Assembly: GCA_010093605.1 (NCBI GenBank)
Contig: MU004186.1
Location: 1,220,616-1,284,615, forward strand
Length of the DNA stretch: 64,000 nucleotides
Reading direction: 5' to 3'
Source of the DNA: Lophium mytilinum
Taxonomy: Eukaryota
Position numbers and translations under genes: made by a program. The notes below the pieces were generated by a model that was not told the DNA's origin, ran no database searches, and was given only the letters and a program-made list of their open reading frames with translations. Shown one piece after another: positions 61,353 to 64,000 of the stretch; within the stretch, counting starts at the first letter, position 1, and each line of letters opens with the position of its first letter.

Positions 61353-63268
61353 ATGGCCGAGAGCTGCATTGTTTGCCTCGGTGACCTCGCTGGCAGTGGC
61401 GACGACGTTTTACCCACTTCGGATCTCTCGCCTTCGAAGCACTCGCTTGAAGATGGCGAGGAACACACCGCCCCCAGCCTCCACGACATCGTGTCCCCAA
61501 ATCGCGATGATGACCCCGATGACGACGAGGTTATCGCGCACCTTCTGCCATGCGGCCATAATCTTCATAACGAATGCTTGAAACCCTGGGTCGAGAGGGC
61601 GAACAGTTGTCCGATATGTCGGCAAAGCTTCAATACCGTAGAGCTGAGCGCTCGCGTAGGAGGTGAGTGATAGATGTCTCGTCTACAAAATGAGTGGACT
61701 CAGCTAACCTCGACTTTCTAGGCCCCATGATATCGTCCTACGCCGTCCAAGATAAGCAACAAGTTGCTGACATCGATCCAACCATGTTCATCGATGATGA
61801 AGACATACTGGAGTACGATGGCTTAGACCCATGCATAATATGCGACTCCCTTGAACACCCGGAAACATTGATGCAATGCAACGGCTGTGAATCGCTCAGC
61901 CACGTGTTTTGCGCGGGGTTGGATGCGATGCCCGCGAGGGGTCCGTGGTACTGTCAGGAGTGCATGGAGAGTCCGGAGATACTCGCCCAAGCCTATCGCC
62001 GACCGCAACCCCAGAACCCTCGAGACCGTATTCGTGGCATACGTCGCGGGCAACGTTTGAATGCCTACGAACGCGTGTGGCAATCAGTTTGGAGTCGTAT
62101 CAACCTGGATCTGGACTACCCTTTCGACGACGAAAACCCCCAGCGACCGCAGCGAACCGAAGCACAACAGCGAGAAGCACTAGAATGGGAACGGCGACTG
62201 GCAGTCGCAAGCCGAAATGGAGCTGGGAACAGGTTCCGCCAGATTGGGACTGCCCTGCTACCTCATCGTACCGATCCCCCGCCACCTCGAGACCCTGAGT
62301 CGGAGGAGGATATGCAAGCTTGGCACGCGTTTGAAAAAGCTAGAGCAGAACTCAACGGACAGAGTCGTGGCTCTTCCTCAAGTGGCCGTGGCCGCAATCG
62401 CAGGAAACGAAAATCGATTACATCCTCTCCGTCCGAGGAGGACGCAGAGCCCCGTCAGCCCGAACGGAAATTGAAAAGGCCCCGCACTCGAGTTGCACAT
62501 GAAATCGGTAGCGACCCTTTAAAGGATGTGGTCGCGGAGGCGTCCACGACCGCTCGTGTATTCGACCCGCCCCACTCGTCTCCTCCAAATGGTCTGAAAG
62601 ACGGGACCGATTCTGCAGCTGGCGTGCAAGGCTTCTTGCAATCCCTGCTCAAAGAGGTTGAGGTCACGCCGAAGCCAGAAGATGAGATTGCGGCACCACA
62701 ACCCAGACGTGTCATCATCGAGCGCGCTTGCTCTCCGCCCGGTTCATCGCCAGGACTTTCACCCGTATATCCTACTCCGCGTGGCGGCATGACACCACCG
62801 CCGCTAAATCTTACACGGCCCACATCGCCGCTGCAGACATCTCCAAACCTCTCGCCGGGCTACTCTCCGACCTCTCGGTTCCCCCCTTTCTCCCCTGCCG
62901 ACGATGAATATAGAACAGGTCGTCGGAAACACCACCAATCTCCCGGAGCTCTTTCTAGTCCCCCACGTTCGAAAGATTCGTCACCAACCCGGTCGCTCTC
63001 GTATTCAACAAAGGCAGAAGTTCAACGAATGGTTTCTATCGTGCTCAAACCGTTCTACTTGAAGCAAGAGATTACAAAGGACCAATACACCGACATTAAC
63101 CGCGATGTTAGTCGCTCGCTATACGACAAGGTCGGTGACGCCAATGCCCTAGCTGATCAGGACACTAGAGAGAAGTGGCAGCGGATTGCAGGAGAGGAAG
63201 TAGAAAGCGCGGTCCGAGCCCTGCGAACAGATGGGCATGATTCCGGAACTGGCACCAACTCTTCATGA
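61353..63268 (+). CDS. RING finger and PHD finger protein with C-terminal SRI-like region (PHRF1/Asr1-like), 2 exons
   Basis: CIVC...[25 protein letters not shown] (RING-H2); CIIC...CNGC...HVFCAGL...WYCQEC (PHD); C-terminal LKPFY....ITKDQY.DINR. Confidence 0.92.
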
Positions 63269-64000
63269 GTACATTCACAATCGCGTTTCTGGATTTCCAC
63301 AGGCGCAACGGTCTCGGCTGCATCTTATCGGATATGGCGTCTTGCGCTCGAGCGTTCCTATCCGTTTGTATCAAGAGGATTATTGGCGTCCTTTGCGAAT
63401 TCGATATTAGATACCATGGCTACCGCTCCGGATTACCCTTGGGATTGGGTCGGCGTTCTTTGACGGGATGGTTTTATGGATCTATCAGTCGTCTACGGAT
63501 GACTGGGTATACGGATATATAGATACTTACGCTTTCAATGTTTATGTTTGGTCTTTTCGACATATCGCTACCATTGTCGATTTGGTTTGCTCTGATGTGC
63601 GCGAATGTGATGTTTAGAACTCATGGGTAGGATTCAGTGCTCTAGTTCCAGTCCTCCAAGTTCACGCGCCTGTTTGAATGACTTCGAGGGGCTTTGAAAG
63701 CTGAACAGGGAACATGACGGATTTATAGCACACCCTGAATCAGGTCTAAGATTCTTGAGACCGGTTGAGGTTACGAAGCCCCTCTTACACATGCGGCAAC
63801 CGTTTGCGCCTCCATCCAAAGCTCCCTATCCAATTCAAGCACTCTGCTATGCCTCCCCAATCCACCACTTTTCCCATACCCCATAACGCCCCCAAACCCA
63901 AACCCATGGTATCATTCCCCACCACCAGAACGCCCAACACACACATCCCATCCCATCCCATCCCATCCTCTCACATCTCTGCACTCCCCTCCCGCCCCCT

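Noticed and set aside
63634..64000. ORF 63,634-63,819 and (CCCAT)n tract at the window end
   Set aside because: Probably the 3' region of a gene beyond the window; nothing assignable.

Overview
Filamentous ascomycete (Pezizomycotina) genomic DNA; intron style and gene content suggest Eurotiomycetes/Chaetothyriales, which is inference. Bases 1-~16,400 are an AT-rich island degraded by repeat-induced point mutation (RIP). It holds a Ty3/Gypsy chromovirus whose pol is interrupted by a complete 11-kb second Ty3/Gypsy element (999-11,996; 186-bp LTRs; TCTAG target-site duplication). The inner element appears to carry an unexplained extra ~1,000-codon reading frame between pol and its 3' LTR. The rest is ordinary gene-dense, intron-containing sequence: alkaline ceramidase, DUF4336 protein, FHIP/RAI16-like, serine carboxypeptidase S10, PTH11-like membrane protein, a divergent phosphoketolase/acetate kinase pair, Cid1/Cid13-type nucleotidyltransferase, isochorismatase-like hydrolase, SLC35F transporter, a Plavaka-like transposase remnant inside a diverged ~170-bp repeat array, homeobox-C2H2 transcription factor, eIF5, THI6, saccharopine-dehydrogenase-like protein and a RING-PHD protein. 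All family calls come from motif recognition by eye; no searches were run. The best candidates for something undescribed are the retrotransposon ORF3, the repeat-flanked Plavaka remnant, a 19-bp duplication that removes a probable peroxisomal signal, and recurring C-rich to G-rich skew switches near gene 3' ends.
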